A stretch of DNA of 64,000 nt from the NCBI GenBank assembly GCA_965372715.1, contig CBDVDH010000013.1, forward strand, positions 1 to 64,000, read 5' to 3'. The notes beneath the pieces are model-generated. The model was not told the DNA's origin and searched no databases. It saw only the letters and a program-made list of their open reading frames with translations. Below are positions 51,880 to 61,621 of the stretch, piece after piece. This DNA is from an uncultured bacterium (GTDB lineage: Bacteria > B130-G9). Both the position numbers and the translations under genes were made by a program. How positions within the stretch are numbered: the stretch's first letter is position 1; each line of letters starts with the position of its first letter.

Positions 51880-52389
51880 TCACGGACCCTGCGGCGTTTC
51901 ATACCAGTCCATGTCGAGGCCATAGCCCCACAGGTAGGGACCAGTGTTGTGGCGCCACTGCTTGTTCTCGTCGAACACCGGCACGTTGCCTTGAGCGTCC
52001 GCCTTGTATTCAGCCCAACACTCGCCGCCTGTGTCCATCGCAAGCGGGAAGGTCAGTCCATGCTCGTCCCTAAACGCCGCCAGATCGTCGAAAGTCTCAT
52101 TGGCCGCGTCGATGTCAATACCCAGAACTACAACGTCTTTGTCCTTGTACGGCTGATAAACGTTCTCCTCGTAGGCCGGCGCCGCCGTGGCACACCGGCT
52201 GTCCGACGTTTCAAGCAGAAACAGCACGACGATCTTGTCGGAGTAATCCGACAGGTTGACCGTCTCATGGTCAATGCTCTCGACCGAAAAGCCCGGAGCC
52301 TGGTCCCCCTCCGCCAAGAACGCATGCCCCAAAGCGGGCGCAAGCAGCAAGACACACAACACACTGAATCCCATTGCGTTCGCTTTCAT
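51880..52389 (-). CDS. exported redoxin (AhpC/TSA-TlpA-like fold) with degenerate CxxC
   Basis: signal peptide, GDQAPGF...VNLSDY..K.VVL.F, DSRC, GLTFPLAMD. Confidence 0.78.
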   Translation of the reverse strand: MKANAMGFSVLCVLLLAPALGHAFLAEGDQAPGFSVESIDHETVNLSDYSDKIVVLFLLETSDSRCATAAPAYEENVYQPYKDKDVVVLGIDIDAANETFDDLAAFRDEHGLTFPLAMDTGGECWAEYKADAQGNVPVFDENKQWRHNTGPYLWGYGLDMDWYETPQGP

Positions 52390-52629
52390 TTCCCTCTCCC
52401 TCCTGATTTGACTTGTATAAATGCCCATCCAACTGATGGGTCGAATCAGTGGCATAACCGCAGGGGCTAACGGTCCATCCCCCTGCATCAGCTGCAGTTC
52501 CGAATCACCCCTGAATGATGGCCCCGGATTGTAGCACAACGGGAGGACGGGATGCAAATTGGATTCGTCCGCGCCGATGTGCCGGTGAGGATGAGGACCT
52601 GACTGCTTTGACCGGCGATTCACCGGGAC

Positions 52630-53307
52630 TTAGATCAGATTAAGATCTTTTAGCTCCGATTCGTACTTGGCGATTACTTCGGCCACCCATTTGCTGACCA
52701 TATCTCCGAGTGGTCCAAGATTCTTGTAATCCGTTATACCAAGGGCCTCGGCCGCTCGATGCATATCGACATGGGTGCAGTCCTTGAATGCAACGACCTT
52801 GCTGATGATGGCTTTCGAATTTGATGAATGCCTCCCAATCCGGTGCTTGAAAAAATCCGCAAATATGTCAATAACCTCAACTTCTGTACATTCCGGGTGC
52901 TTTGTCAGCGGGCTGCCCAGCCGTAGGAGACAATTTCTCCGTTGTTTACCTTTGCCTTTGCTGCATGTGGGTAGGACATGCCCTTTAGACTTTGCGTCCT
53001 TTTGCAGGCGGAAGACACCTGAGACGACCCCCGAAATCATGACTTGACACATGACAAAAGCAACGCCCAGTAGGTTCTCTACCACCTCGCATTCGTCCTC
53101 CGCAACTACGTCGAGATATTCTTGGTTTCCGCAGTCTTCTGCCTCGCGGATTGTGGCGCCGCAGTCCGTGATCGCGCTGCCGAGTGTGTCAAGAACACTC
53201 AACAAGACGTGATCCGACATTTGCATTCGAATCAACTGGAGTCTCAAGGCGTATATATTCAGGGCAGCAAAGCGCCGGGAAGGACTATTTCCTTCTGTAT
53301 TACCCAT
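52630..53307 (-). CDS. hypothetical protein
   Basis: long ORF in a lower-GC patch; start uncertain; no family recognised. Confidence 0.6.
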   Translation of the reverse strand: MGNTEGNSPSRRFAALNIYALRLQLIRMQMSDHVLLSVLDTLGSAITDCGATIREAEDCGNQEYLDVVAEDECEVVENLLGVAFVMCQVMISGVVSGVFRLQKDAKSKGHVLPTCSKGKGKQRRNCLLRLGSPLTKHPECTEVEVIDIFADFFKHRIGRHSSNSKAIISKVVAFKDCTHVDMHRAAEALGITDYKNLGPLGDMVSKWVAEVIAKYESELKDLNLI

Positions 53308-53419
53308 CTTTTGGATCCCCAAGTAAGTCTTGAGAAAAGCATGATATATGATGTCGGTTGGGGCGTGCGGTGGAGGTGCTGTCCATTGTTGCTTTCTGCT
53401 CGTTGATGTGTGGTGTTTC

Positions 53420-53611
53420 CTACTCGGAATCATGTAGCCTTGCGCTAACTTCTTCAGGCGACGCGGCTTCAAAGAAGAGCTCCAACGCTTCCTTCAGGTT
53501 GCTCCTCGCCTCGTCAACGGTGTCCCCTTGGCTTGCAACATCTACTTCGGGACACAATGCCACGTAACCGTCGCCTTCTCTCTCTATGATTGCGGTCAAT
53601 TGCCTACTCAC
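53420..53611 (-). CDS. HicB family antitoxin (orphan, possibly truncated)
   Basis: TAIIEREGDGYVALCPEVDVASQGDTVDEARSNLKEA; gaggtg RBS. Confidence 0.88.
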   Translation of the reverse strand: MSRQLTAIIEREGDGYVALCPEVDVASQGDTVDEARSNLKEALELFFEAASPEEVSARLHDSE

Positions 53612-53835
53612 GCATCACCTCTCATCGTTGCCTTATGTCGTTGTTGTGCCTTATGGCGCTCACCCTAATCGCAGCAGTCTCGATGAGGATACTGCTCCTG
53701 ATCGGCGTGCCTGTCAATCGGGTCGAGGCGAGGGTTTCGTGCTTACATTTCTGCCGACTTCTGCTATACATTGGCAATGAGCGGCGGCACCATTTGACGC
53801 CCCTATGGAAGCCAAGCGTTGGAGGAAGCAGAAAA

Positions 53836-54342
53836 GTGCCTTTGAATATCAATGATGAACTTGAATCAGTCGCGAGGTCTCTCAACGAAAGCGGCATCGC
53901 ATACGCGCTCTGCGGAGGATTGGCGGTGGCCGTTCATGGATACCCGCGAGCCACTCAGGATATCGACATGCTGATAAGAGAATCGGACCTGAATCAGGCA
54001 ATAGCCCTTCTTGGCAAAAAGGGCTATTGTCTATCGGCGGGATTTGCTCCTTTCGATGTGGGAAAGGAATCGGAATCGCGGGTCTATCGCGTCTCTAAGG
54101 CGAGCGGCGAGGACCTCCTTACCATCGACTTGGTTCTTGTCTCTCCGATTATGGAGGACGTTTGGGAGGACCGGGATACCTTCCAGGTTGACGATTATGA
54201 GATAACGGTCGTTTCTCTATCGGGATTGAAGAAGATGAAACGGCTTGCGGGAAGACCGCAAGACCTTGTAGATTTGGAGCGACTGGAAGATGTGGAGCGA
54301 GATGATGAATCCGGACAACAAGAAGATCAGTCGCGAGATTAG
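53836..54342 (+). CDS. nucleotidyltransferase family protein
   Basis: YALCGGLAVAVHGYPRATQDID, K..AGRPQDL.D; GTG start after ggagg. Confidence 0.85.
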   Translation: MPLNINDELESVARSLNESGIAYALCGGLAVAVHGYPRATQDIDMLIRESDLNQAIALLGKKGYCLSAGFAPFDVGKESESRVYRVSKASGEDLLTIDLVLVSPIMEDVWEDRDTFQVDDYEITVVSLSGLKKMKRLAGRPQDLVDLERLEDVERDDESGQQEDQSRD

Positions 54343-54505
54343 CCGGGATATGTCCCCGGAAGCGATTTCCCGGAGGCTCAGGATAGTCTCTGACCTTCGA
54401 ATCCTCTGCCTCAAGCTCGGCCGAGCGAAGAAGCTCAAACTCGAAAGGACCAGGTCCCAGCAATCGGAGCCACCGGAGCAATCCGCAGACGCGGATGCAG
54501 GATGA
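54302..54505 (+). CDS. small hypothetical protein coupled to the nucleotidyltransferase
   Basis: DMSPEAISRRLR..SDLR.LC; overlaps the NTase end. Confidence 0.6.
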   Translation: MMNPDNKKISREISRDMSPEAISRRLRIVSDLRILCLKLGRAKKLKLERTRSQQSEPPEQSADADAG

Positions 54506-54722
54506 TTTCCATCGTCGTTATGCGTGCAAAGAGAAGGGGGAACGCGATGATCGAAAAGCCCGGTGAGCTGTTCGGCAAATCTCGATTTCCGCGATGTAAA
54601 CACTCGCCCCGAAGTTAGTGATTGACAGTGGAGGCAGAAAGCCCGCTGCCGGTCAGCGCTAGTCCCTTTGCCCCTTTTTCCCTTTGTCCTTTTCTCCCCC
54701 CTCAACTGGGCGACTCGCCGTG

Positions 54723-54751
54723 TTGACGGAAAAGACCCACGCCACTATAGT
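54723..54751 (+). promoter_or_regulatory. sigma70-type promoter for tRNA-His/hisS
   Basis: TTGACG-17 nt-TATAGT. Confidence 0.65.
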
Positions 54752-54821
54752 TGTTCTGCAATTGATGCTTGCATACGGGCAGTTGGGTTTTTGCCTGACC
54801 AGCCCGCGCAATTGACAGCGT

Positions 54822-54896
54822 GCTGGCGTAGCTCAGTTCGGCTAGAGCACCTGACTGTGGATCAGGAGGTCTCGGGTTCAAGTCCCGACGCCAGTA
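54822..54896 (+). tRNA. tRNA-His(GTG), non-canonical (no G-1, G1:U72, A73), CCA not encoded
   Basis: GCTGGCG TA GCTCAGTTCGGCTAGAGC A CCTGA CTGTGGA TCAGG AGGTC TCGGG TTCAAGT CCCGA CGCCAGT A. Confidence 0.93.
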
Positions 54897-54956
54897 CTTT
54901 TGTGTATCCTTTGCCGTGGTTTCATAGTTTGCAGGGGACTGGGATTAGAGATAGTC

Positions 54957-56420
54957 ATGGACGAGAAAAACAAGCGGCCGAAGGCGAGGCTCGCGCGCGG
55001 TTTCCGTGATGTCATTGGCGCGGACCTCGTTGCCCGGTACAACATGATCGAGACGATCCGCAAGGTTTACGAGCTTTACGGCTTCATGCCGCTTGAGACG
55101 CCAACGGTCGAGTTCGCGGACATGCTCGGCAAGTTCATTCAGGAGACGGGTCTTCCCGATGAGGGTGTGTTCTCGTTCAAGGCCGACCAGCCAGACTGGC
55201 TTGCACTAAGATACGACCTCACAGCGCCTCTTTCGCGCTTTGTTGCCCAGCACAAGGACCTGCCCAAGCCGTTCAGGCGCTATCAGATCGGGTCGGCGTT
55301 CCGCATCGAAAAGCCGGGGCCGGGGCGGTTCCGGGAGTTCATCCAGCTTGACATCGACACGGTGGGCAGCGCGAGCATGGCGGCCGACGCGGAGATATGC
55401 TGCGCCCTCTGCGACGCCTTTGACGCGCTCGGCCTCGATGGCATGTTCGTGGTCAGGGTCGGTAACCGACGGGTCCTGAACGGCGTGCTCCAGGCGGCGG
55501 GCGTCGATACGAAGGGCGGCGGCGGCATCATCTCGACGCGGGTGATGCGCTGCATCGACAAGTTCGAGCGCCTGGGCCTGAGCGGTGTCGCGGAGCTTCT
55601 GAGGCAGGGCCGTATGGACGAATCGGGCGACTTCACGGAGGGAGCGGGTCTGACCCAGGCGCAGGCGGAGGTTGTTACAGAGTATCTGAAGGGGTCGGGA
55701 GAGAGCAGGAAAGAGGTTTGCGAGGCGCTGAGAGCGATCGTCGGCGAATCCGAGGAAGGGAGGAGCGGCGTCGATGAGCTGGTAGAGATAGACGAGTTCC
55801 TGACGGCGGCCGGTTATGACGAGCGAAAGGTGATCTTCGATCCGACAATAGTCCGAGGGCTGACATACTACACGGGGCCAGTCTATGAGGCGTCGCTTAT
55901 TGACGAGAATGGTCGCTTTTCAAGCAGTATCGCGGGGGGCGGGAGGTATGACAACCTCATCGAGCGTTTTACGGGCCAGAAGGTCCCCGCGACTGGCGCC
56001 TCAATTGGGCCTGATCGCTTGCTTGCGCTCCTGATTGGCCTTGGGAAGGTCTCGGAGTCGCTTTTGGCGCCGGTTTTTGTTACTCAGATGGACAGGGCCT
56101 GGGCGAAGGACTACCAAGCGATGACGTTCGAGCTCAGGCGCGCTGGTATCCCTGCGGAGCTCTTCCTGGGGAGGGCCAGCATTGGCAAGCAGCTGAAATA
56201 CGCCGACCAGCGTAACATGCCACTTGCGGTGATCGCTGGGGAGGACGAGTTTGCAAGCAAGACCGTCTCTATCAAGGACCTCCGCCGGGGCAAGCGGGTC
56301 GCGTCTGAAGTATCCGAGCGGTCGGAGTGGCTGAAGCACGAACAGACCCAGGAGACGGTTCCCCGCGGGCGGCTCGTCGAGCGCGTAATCGAGCTTCTGG
56401 CCAAGTATCCAGACGGCTAG
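54957..56420 (+). CDS. hisS: histidine--tRNA ligase
   Basis: LRYDLTAPL, EKPGPGRFREF.QLD, VRGLTYYTG, GGGRYD, KQLKYAD. Confidence 0.96.
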   Translation: MDEKNKRPKARLARGFRDVIGADLVARYNMIETIRKVYELYGFMPLETPTVEFADMLGKFIQETGLPDEGVFSFKADQPDWLALRYDLTAPLSRFVAQHKDLPKPFRRYQIGSAFRIEKPGPGRFREFIQLDIDTVGSASMAADAEICCALCDAFDALGLDGMFVVRVGNRRVLNGVLQAAGVDTKGGGGIISTRVMRCIDKFERLGLSGVAELLRQGRMDESGDFTEGAGLTQAQAEVVTEYLKGSGESRKEVCEALRAIVGESEEGRSGVDELVEIDEFLTAAGYDERKVIFDPTIVRGLTYYTGPVYEASLIDENGRFSSSIAGGGRYDNLIERFTGQKVPATGASIGPDRLLALLIGLGKVSESLLAPVFVTQMDRAWAKDYQAMTFELRRAGIPAELFLGRASIGKQLKYADQRNMPLAVIAGEDEFASKTVSIKDLRRGKRVASEVSERSEWLKHEQTQETVPRGRLVERVIELLAKYPDG

Positions 56421-56503
56421 GAGGGACCCCCATCCAGGACCGAATTGTGAGGAACGATAGTAAGGACAGCGGGCATCCGGATGAGCATCCCGTGCTCTAC
56501 ATT

Positions 56504-58375
56504 ATGGGTCGGCCGGTGGAGAACCCGGTCGTCATCGACCACAGCCCCGATTGCCTGACGCTGGACAAGCTCGTTGCGGTCGCGCGGGGTGACGACGAGG
56601 GGCGGCTGGCGCGCGTCGTCGTGGCAGAGGAGAGCCTCCGGCGGACCGAGCGAAGCGCGGCTATGATTCAGAAAGCGGTCGTCAAGGCTCAGAGCGAGTT
56701 TGCGTCTGCCTCGCCCGAGAACCGGCACTTATTCCTCATCTACGGCGTGAACACGGGCTTCGGCATCAATCGCGACAAGCCCGTGGAGTCCTATGCTGAC
56801 TGCTGCAAGCTCTCCGAGAATATCCTCTTCAGCCATGCGACTGGTGTTGGGTCGCCACTTCCATCCGAGATCGTCCGAGCGACGATGCTGCTTCGCTTAC
56901 GGACGTTCGCGCAGGGTCGGTCGGGCGTCAGACCCGAGTTGCTCGTTCTTCTCGCCGAGATGCTCAACCGCAAGGTTCATCCGATGGTCCCCTCTCAGGG
57001 GAGCGTTGGCTCGTCCGGCGACCTGTGCTCGCTTTCGCACCTGTCGCTCGTTCTCATCGGCGAGGGAAACGCTTGGGTTGAGCCTGATTACCCCGCCCGT
57101 ACCCCACACACATGGGACGACACGGTCGATGCGAGGCGCGGCCTGATGACAGGACGCAAGGCGCTGAGAGCGGTCGGGCTTGAGCCGCTGCGAGCGCCCG
57201 AGGTCCCGAACGGCTCTATTGCGGCAGGAATGCGCTTGGCTCCCAAGGAAGGTCTGGCTCTGACCAACGGCGCGACCGTCGCGACTGCGATTGCCGCGCT
57301 TGCCACCTACGACGCAGGTCTGCTCTTGACCTCATCCAATCTCACCGGGGTGATGACGCTTCAGGCTATGGGCGGGACAACTCGCGCATTCGAGCCGTGC
57401 GTGCACGAGGCGCGGCGCCACAAGGGTCAGAAGGCCGTCGCGGAGGAGCTCATGTCATTCATCAACAACCCCGACCCATCCGGACTCGACAACCGTGCGG
57501 CCGTCATGTTTCAGACGCAGGACGACTATAGCCTGCGAGCGATGCCTCAGGTGCACGGCGCGGCGCTATCTGCGGTATGGCACGCGCGGGAGGTGATCGA
57601 GGGGGAGATGAATGCCGTAACTGACAACCCTCTAGTCTTCTGCGAGTCGGAGGACCAGGGCCAAAAGCCCTACGACGAACGGGTGGGGCGTCAGGTGAGC
57701 CTGTGGCCCCTGTATTCGGCGGCCAACTTCCATGGGGAGCCGATAGGCCTCGTCGCGGACTACCTGAAACTCGCTGTTTCGGAACTCGCAAACATCTCCG
57801 AACGCCGCGTGCAGATGCTCTTGGACGTCAACAGAAACCGGGGCCTGCCCGCCAATCTCTCCGGGGGCAGAAGCGGCCTCGATAGCGGCTTCATGATCTT
57901 TCAATACACGGCCGCGAGCCTCGTTTCTGAGAACAAGGTGCTGTGCCATCCGGCGAGCTGCGATTCGATACCCACGTCGTCCGACGCGGAGGACCACGTG
58001 GCGATGGCCACGACCGCGGCGCGGCATCTGCGAACGGTCGTATTGAATCTCGCGAACGTGCTGGCGATTGAGTTCATCTGCGCGACCCAGGCGCTAGCGT
58101 TTCGGACCTCTAAGCGTGGTCTGCTATTGACCCTCACGGGTGCGTCTGGATGGGGCGCCAATGACCTCGCCAAGCCCACGTCTCAGGCCGCATTCCAGAT
58201 GAGCGAACCCTGTAAGGCGGCGACCGAAATGGTTCTGTCAGTCTCGCGATTTGTGGTTGACGACGGGGATTTCGCAGAACTCTCGCCCCACGTCAGGATT
58301 GAATCGGTACGGAACCTCCTCGTGTCTGGCGGTCTGCTCCGCGCGGCCACAAAAAGGCTAGGCCGAAAGCCGTAG
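56504..58375 (+). CDS. hutH: histidine ammonia-lyase (MIO enzyme); start uncertain, GTG at 56447 possible
   Basis: YGVNTGFG, SHATGVG, GSVGSSGDL, KEGLAL.NG, QDDYSLR, NFHGEP. Confidence 0.85.
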   Translation: MGRPVENPVVIDHSPDCLTLDKLVAVARGDDEGRLARVVVAEESLRRTERSAAMIQKAVVKAQSEFASASPENRHLFLIYGVNTGFGINRDKPVESYADCCKLSENILFSHATGVGSPLPSEIVRATMLLRLRTFAQGRSGVRPELLVLLAEMLNRKVHPMVPSQGSVGSSGDLCSLSHLSLVLIGEGNAWVEPDYPARTPHTWDDTVDARRGLMTGRKALRAVGLEPLRAPEVPNGSIAAGMRLAPKEGLALTNGATVATAIAALATYDAGLLLTSSNLTGVMTLQAMGGTTRAFEPCVHEARRHKGQKAVAEELMSFINNPDPSGLDNRAAVMFQTQDDYSLRAMPQVHGAALSAVWHAREVIEGEMNAVTDNPLVFCESEDQGQKPYDERVGRQVSLWPLYSAANFHGEPIGLVADYLKLAVSELANISERRVQMLLDVNRNRGLPANLSGGRSGLDSGFMIFQYTAASLVSENKVLCHPASCDSIPTSSDAEDHVAMATTAARHLRTVVLNLANVLAIEFICATQALAFRTSKRGLLLTLTGASGWGANDLAKPTSQAAFQMSEPCKAATEMVLSVSRFVVDDGDFAELSPHVRIESVRNLLVSGGLLRAATKRLGRKP

Positions 58376-58396
58376 AACCGCCGGCCGAGAGGGACT

Positions 58397-61300
58397 CTAC
58401 GGTGCAACGTGGAGTTCAGGCCAGGGGTCGCTCGTTTGCCCCAGGGTGTCGGCCGCGAGAATCTGGAGCTTGTATCGCCCAATGGGCACGTCGGTCGGAA
58501 TCTGAAACAGAGTTGAATAGATGCCGTCGCCAGCAAACGCATCCCCGGACAGGCCCTCGTCATTGAGGAGCACCCCTAATCGCATGCTGTCAAACATGAG
58601 CTCTACCAGCTGGACCGCGTTGCCGTCGCCAAACGCCTGGGGCATCGCGACCGCGTGTAGGGCGTGCCCAGGGCCCAGCATCTGCGAGTGCATGAATCCG
58701 CCCGCGAGAATCACCGGCGCCTGAGCCGACGTGTCCCTGGTCTGGAACCAGTGGGTGTCATCTCTCAGGCAGTTGCCGACAAAATCGCAAGCCGCGATCT
58801 CGAGGTCGTAGCGCGTGTCCGGAGCGAAGCCTCCGGAGGGGGTATAGGCTACTGACAGAAGGCGCTCACCGTTGATACGAGCGATCTCAGCCGAGACGCT
58901 CGTCCCGTTCACCGAAAGCTCCACCGTGCTCACGTCAACCCCAATTCCCGAATCGGCGAGCCTGAACGAAAGCGTGGTGTTGGGTGGGACTGTTGCACCC
59001 GTGTGGGGGCTCACATCAGAAAGGACGGGCGGGGCACTATCGCGAACGTAGTCTGAGAGGTAGTAGGTGCAGTTCTCGATTAGCTGGGTCCGCTGGCCTA
59101 CGTCGTCTGATACGTATGGGACCGCGAAGGTCATGTAGATGATCTGTCCACCGTCCGCGTCGATGGTGTTGTCGTCGAAGTATATTAGCCCCGGCTGGGA
59201 ATAGCGCGACCAGTTGTAGAGCACGTTGCCATCTGCCGCGGGCACGCAGACATCCCTCGTTGCGAGGAATTCTCCATAGAACCCGACCGTGGACTCGAGC
59301 GCGTGCGGGGTCGTCGCGAGAGTCGCTTCGGGGCTTCTGAGAATGAGTATGTCGCCGTAGTCGGCCTTCCAGGAATCGATGTGCAGAACGTACTGCTTCA
59401 GATCAGAGAGGGGCGTTGGATATTGCTCGCACGCGCTCCAGGCGAGGTCGCCCGCCTCTATCAGAAGCCGCCCGCCCGCGAGCACGTAATCGACGAGGCC
59501 CTCGTGGTACGCCGGCATCGGCTCGGATGCGTCGCCCAGGCAATAGACCACGATGTTGAACGGGGCGTCCGGTAGGTCCTCGCCGGGCGCGTGTGCGTTG
59601 ACCACATATCCGGCGGCCTCGAGCGTCTCCAAGAAGACACCGGCGGAATCGCCGGAGTTGTCATCTATCAGCAGCACAGACCCCAGGGACGGGACGAGGG
59701 AGAACGTGAAATAGCCCTCCTCTGGAAGGGCAGCGTGATTAGGCGTCTTCGCAACGTCGGTGGCTTCGAGGCGATACCACACGCGGTCGCCCGGCGCAAG
59801 ACCCGTCGCTGGAATCTCTCCCGAATACGCAGAGCCGCCGCCTGGTTCGAGGGTTACGGACGTCTCGTTCTGACCGCCAAAATGGTAGTAGAGCTTCACG
59901 CTGTCATCGTCCACGCCGAGGTTGTCCCAGACGATGCAGCGAATTTCAAACGCTTCCCGGCTCGCCGGCTGGCTGCTGAGTGGGGTATGCTCGATCGTCG
60001 GCGCAAACGTGTCGGCTCGCACCCAGAAGCTGTGGACGCTGTCCGGGGCGTTTGGGGGGCTTGTGGAGTAGGCCCGGGCGATGTTCTCCGCGTAGATGTA
60101 GTAGAAGACCTGCGTGTTGTCCGGCTGGCCGGGGATGGTCGCAAGATACTGATCGGGCAGCAGGCCGCGCTCGAGCGAGACGGAAGTGTAATCGTCGGCC
60201 GATTGAGATGCGCTCTCCGTTCTGAGAAGAAGTGCCGATTCTGCGAGCGGCAGCGTCGAGTGAATGAAGCAGCTTAGGTGGATTTCCTCGCCCGATTCCT
60301 CAGTGTCCGGCAGCGGCTCGAAATCGATCTGCGGGGACATCTCACCAGGGTTGTAGAAGGACCTCAAGACCTCGTCCCACAGCGTGTCAGCCGTGAAGTC
60401 GAGAAAGCCCCGGTCCCCGTCGTAACGGTCGTCGTAGCTATGCTCTTCTGACTCAAAGTAGATCGAGAGCCCGTAGCAGTAGGGTAACCCGTCCCCGGCG
60501 CGATAGTGAAAAACGAGCTCATCGTGCTCGGACGCCGCCTCTTGTGCCGCGTCTGAGACCGCGTCCGAGATGTCCTGATGGTCTAGCGCGAGCATGAAGT
60601 CCTTGAAATCAACGTAATACCAATAATCCTGCATTCTATAACTCGATATGTAGGCATCACGCACCTTGCTTTTGTTTTGCTCCATTGATGCGATGAGCAG
60701 CTGAGCAAGCTCGTCGAGTGTTGCGATAAACCCATCGCCGAACTTTGCTATATCCACTGCGGACAGGACGACGAAAGAATCGTCGCTCGGATATGGGTCC
60801 CCGTCGGTGTAAGATCGGTAGAAGTAGTCAACAATATGGACGGCGAGCTCCTTTGGACTGAGGTCTGCGCCGGGGCTGAGCTGGCTCAAGAACGCGTAGT
60901 CCCAGCCGTCCCAGGGTACCGATTCCTCCGATGCGATCAGGACTTGGCAGAGGTCCTTGAGCTGATATGCGACCTCGACCATCCCCATCAGGCAGGCGTC
61001 CATGCCGATTATGTCCAGCGTCCTACCGGTGTTCTGCTGCAACCCGGCGAGGGCGGATTGGAGCTCAGAGATGTCCATCGCGTCGTAGCCGTCGTAGCAG
61101 ATGTCTTTCGTCATCCGCCCGGCGGCGAGCTTTCTCCTCCAGCCATCCCCATGGTCCCAAAGAACGAGCGCGAGACGCTCCGCGGGGTAGCTATCGATTG
61201 CCCATTCAGAGAAGCGAAGCAGCGTGTCGGGCTCCGCGAGGTTGAGCTCGGTCAGCCCATCCCAATCAGCGTAAATGTCGCCGAGGGGAATCTGCTCTGA

Positions 61301-61621
61301 CACGAGCGAGCTGTTCTGCGGGCCCAATGCGTCGTACTCGGCCTGATATGCCCGCGTATCGCTGTTGCTAATCTGGTCAACCAGAATCAGGACGTTCGCG
61401 TCAACCGACTCAATCGCCGCCTCGACCTCGTTCATGTCGTCGAGCGCACAGTCAGAGAGGCTGTTGTCGGCGCAAATGTACAGAATGAGCGTCCAGGCCT
61501 TTTCGTCGAACGACAATGGGTCTGCTCCAAACACCATGCTCGCGGATGCGACTGTGAACAGCGCAAAAACAAGCGGCAAACATAACATTCTCAAGATTGT
61601 GCTCCCATCTATCCAATTCAT
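58397..61621 (-). CDS. secreted clostripain-family (C11) cysteine peptidase with C-terminal Ig-like domains
   Basis: WTLILY..ADN.L, WDHGDGW, MDACLMG..EVAYQ, ASEE. Confidence 0.9.
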   Translation of the reverse strand: MNWIDGSTILRMLCLPLVFALFTVASASMVFGADPLSFDEKAWTLILYICADNSLSDCALDDMNEVEAAIESVDANVLILVDQISNSDTRAYQAEYDALGPQNSSLVSEQIPLGDIYADWDGLTELNLAEPDTLLRFSEWAIDSYPAERLALVLWDHGDGWRRKLAAGRMTKDICYDGYDAMDISELQSALAGLQQNTGRTLDIIGMDACLMGMVEVAYQLKDLCQVLIASEESVPWDGWDYAFLSQLSPGADLSPKELAVHIVDYFYRSYTDGDPYPSDDSFVVLSAVDIAKFGDGFIATLDELAQLLIASMEQNKSKVRDAYISSYRMQDYWYYVDFKDFMLALDHQDISDAVSDAAQEAASEHDELVFHYRAGDGLPYCYGLSIYFESEEHSYDDRYDGDRGFLDFTADTLWDEVLRSFYNPGEMSPQIDFEPLPDTEESGEEIHLSCFIHSTLPLAESALLLRTESASQSADDYTSVSLERGLLPDQYLATIPGQPDNTQVFYYIYAENIARAYSTSPPNAPDSVHSFWVRADTFAPTIEHTPLSSQPASREAFEIRCIVWDNLGVDDDSVKLYYHFGGQNETSVTLEPGGGSAYSGEIPATGLAPGDRVWYRLEATDVAKTPNHAALPEEGYFTFSLVPSLGSVLLIDDNSGDSAGVFLETLEAAGYVVNAHAPGEDLPDAPFNIVVYCLGDASEPMPAYHEGLVDYVLAGGRLLIEAGDLAWSACEQYPTPLSDLKQYVLHIDSWKADYGDILILRSPEATLATTPHALESTVGFYGEFLATRDVCVPAADGNVLYNWSRYSQPGLIYFDDNTIDADGGQIIYMTFAVPYVSDDVGQRTQLIENCTYYLSDYVRDSAPPVLSDVSPHTGATVPPNTTLSFRLADSGIGVDVSTVELSVNGTSVSAEIARINGERLLSVAYTPSGGFAPDTRYDLEIAACDFVGNCLRDDTHWFQTRDTSAQAPVILAGGFMHSQMLGPGHALHAVAMPQAFGDGNAVQLVELMFDSMRLGVLLNDEGLSGDAFAGDGIYSTLFQIPTDVPIGRYKLQILAADTLGQTSDPWPELHVAP

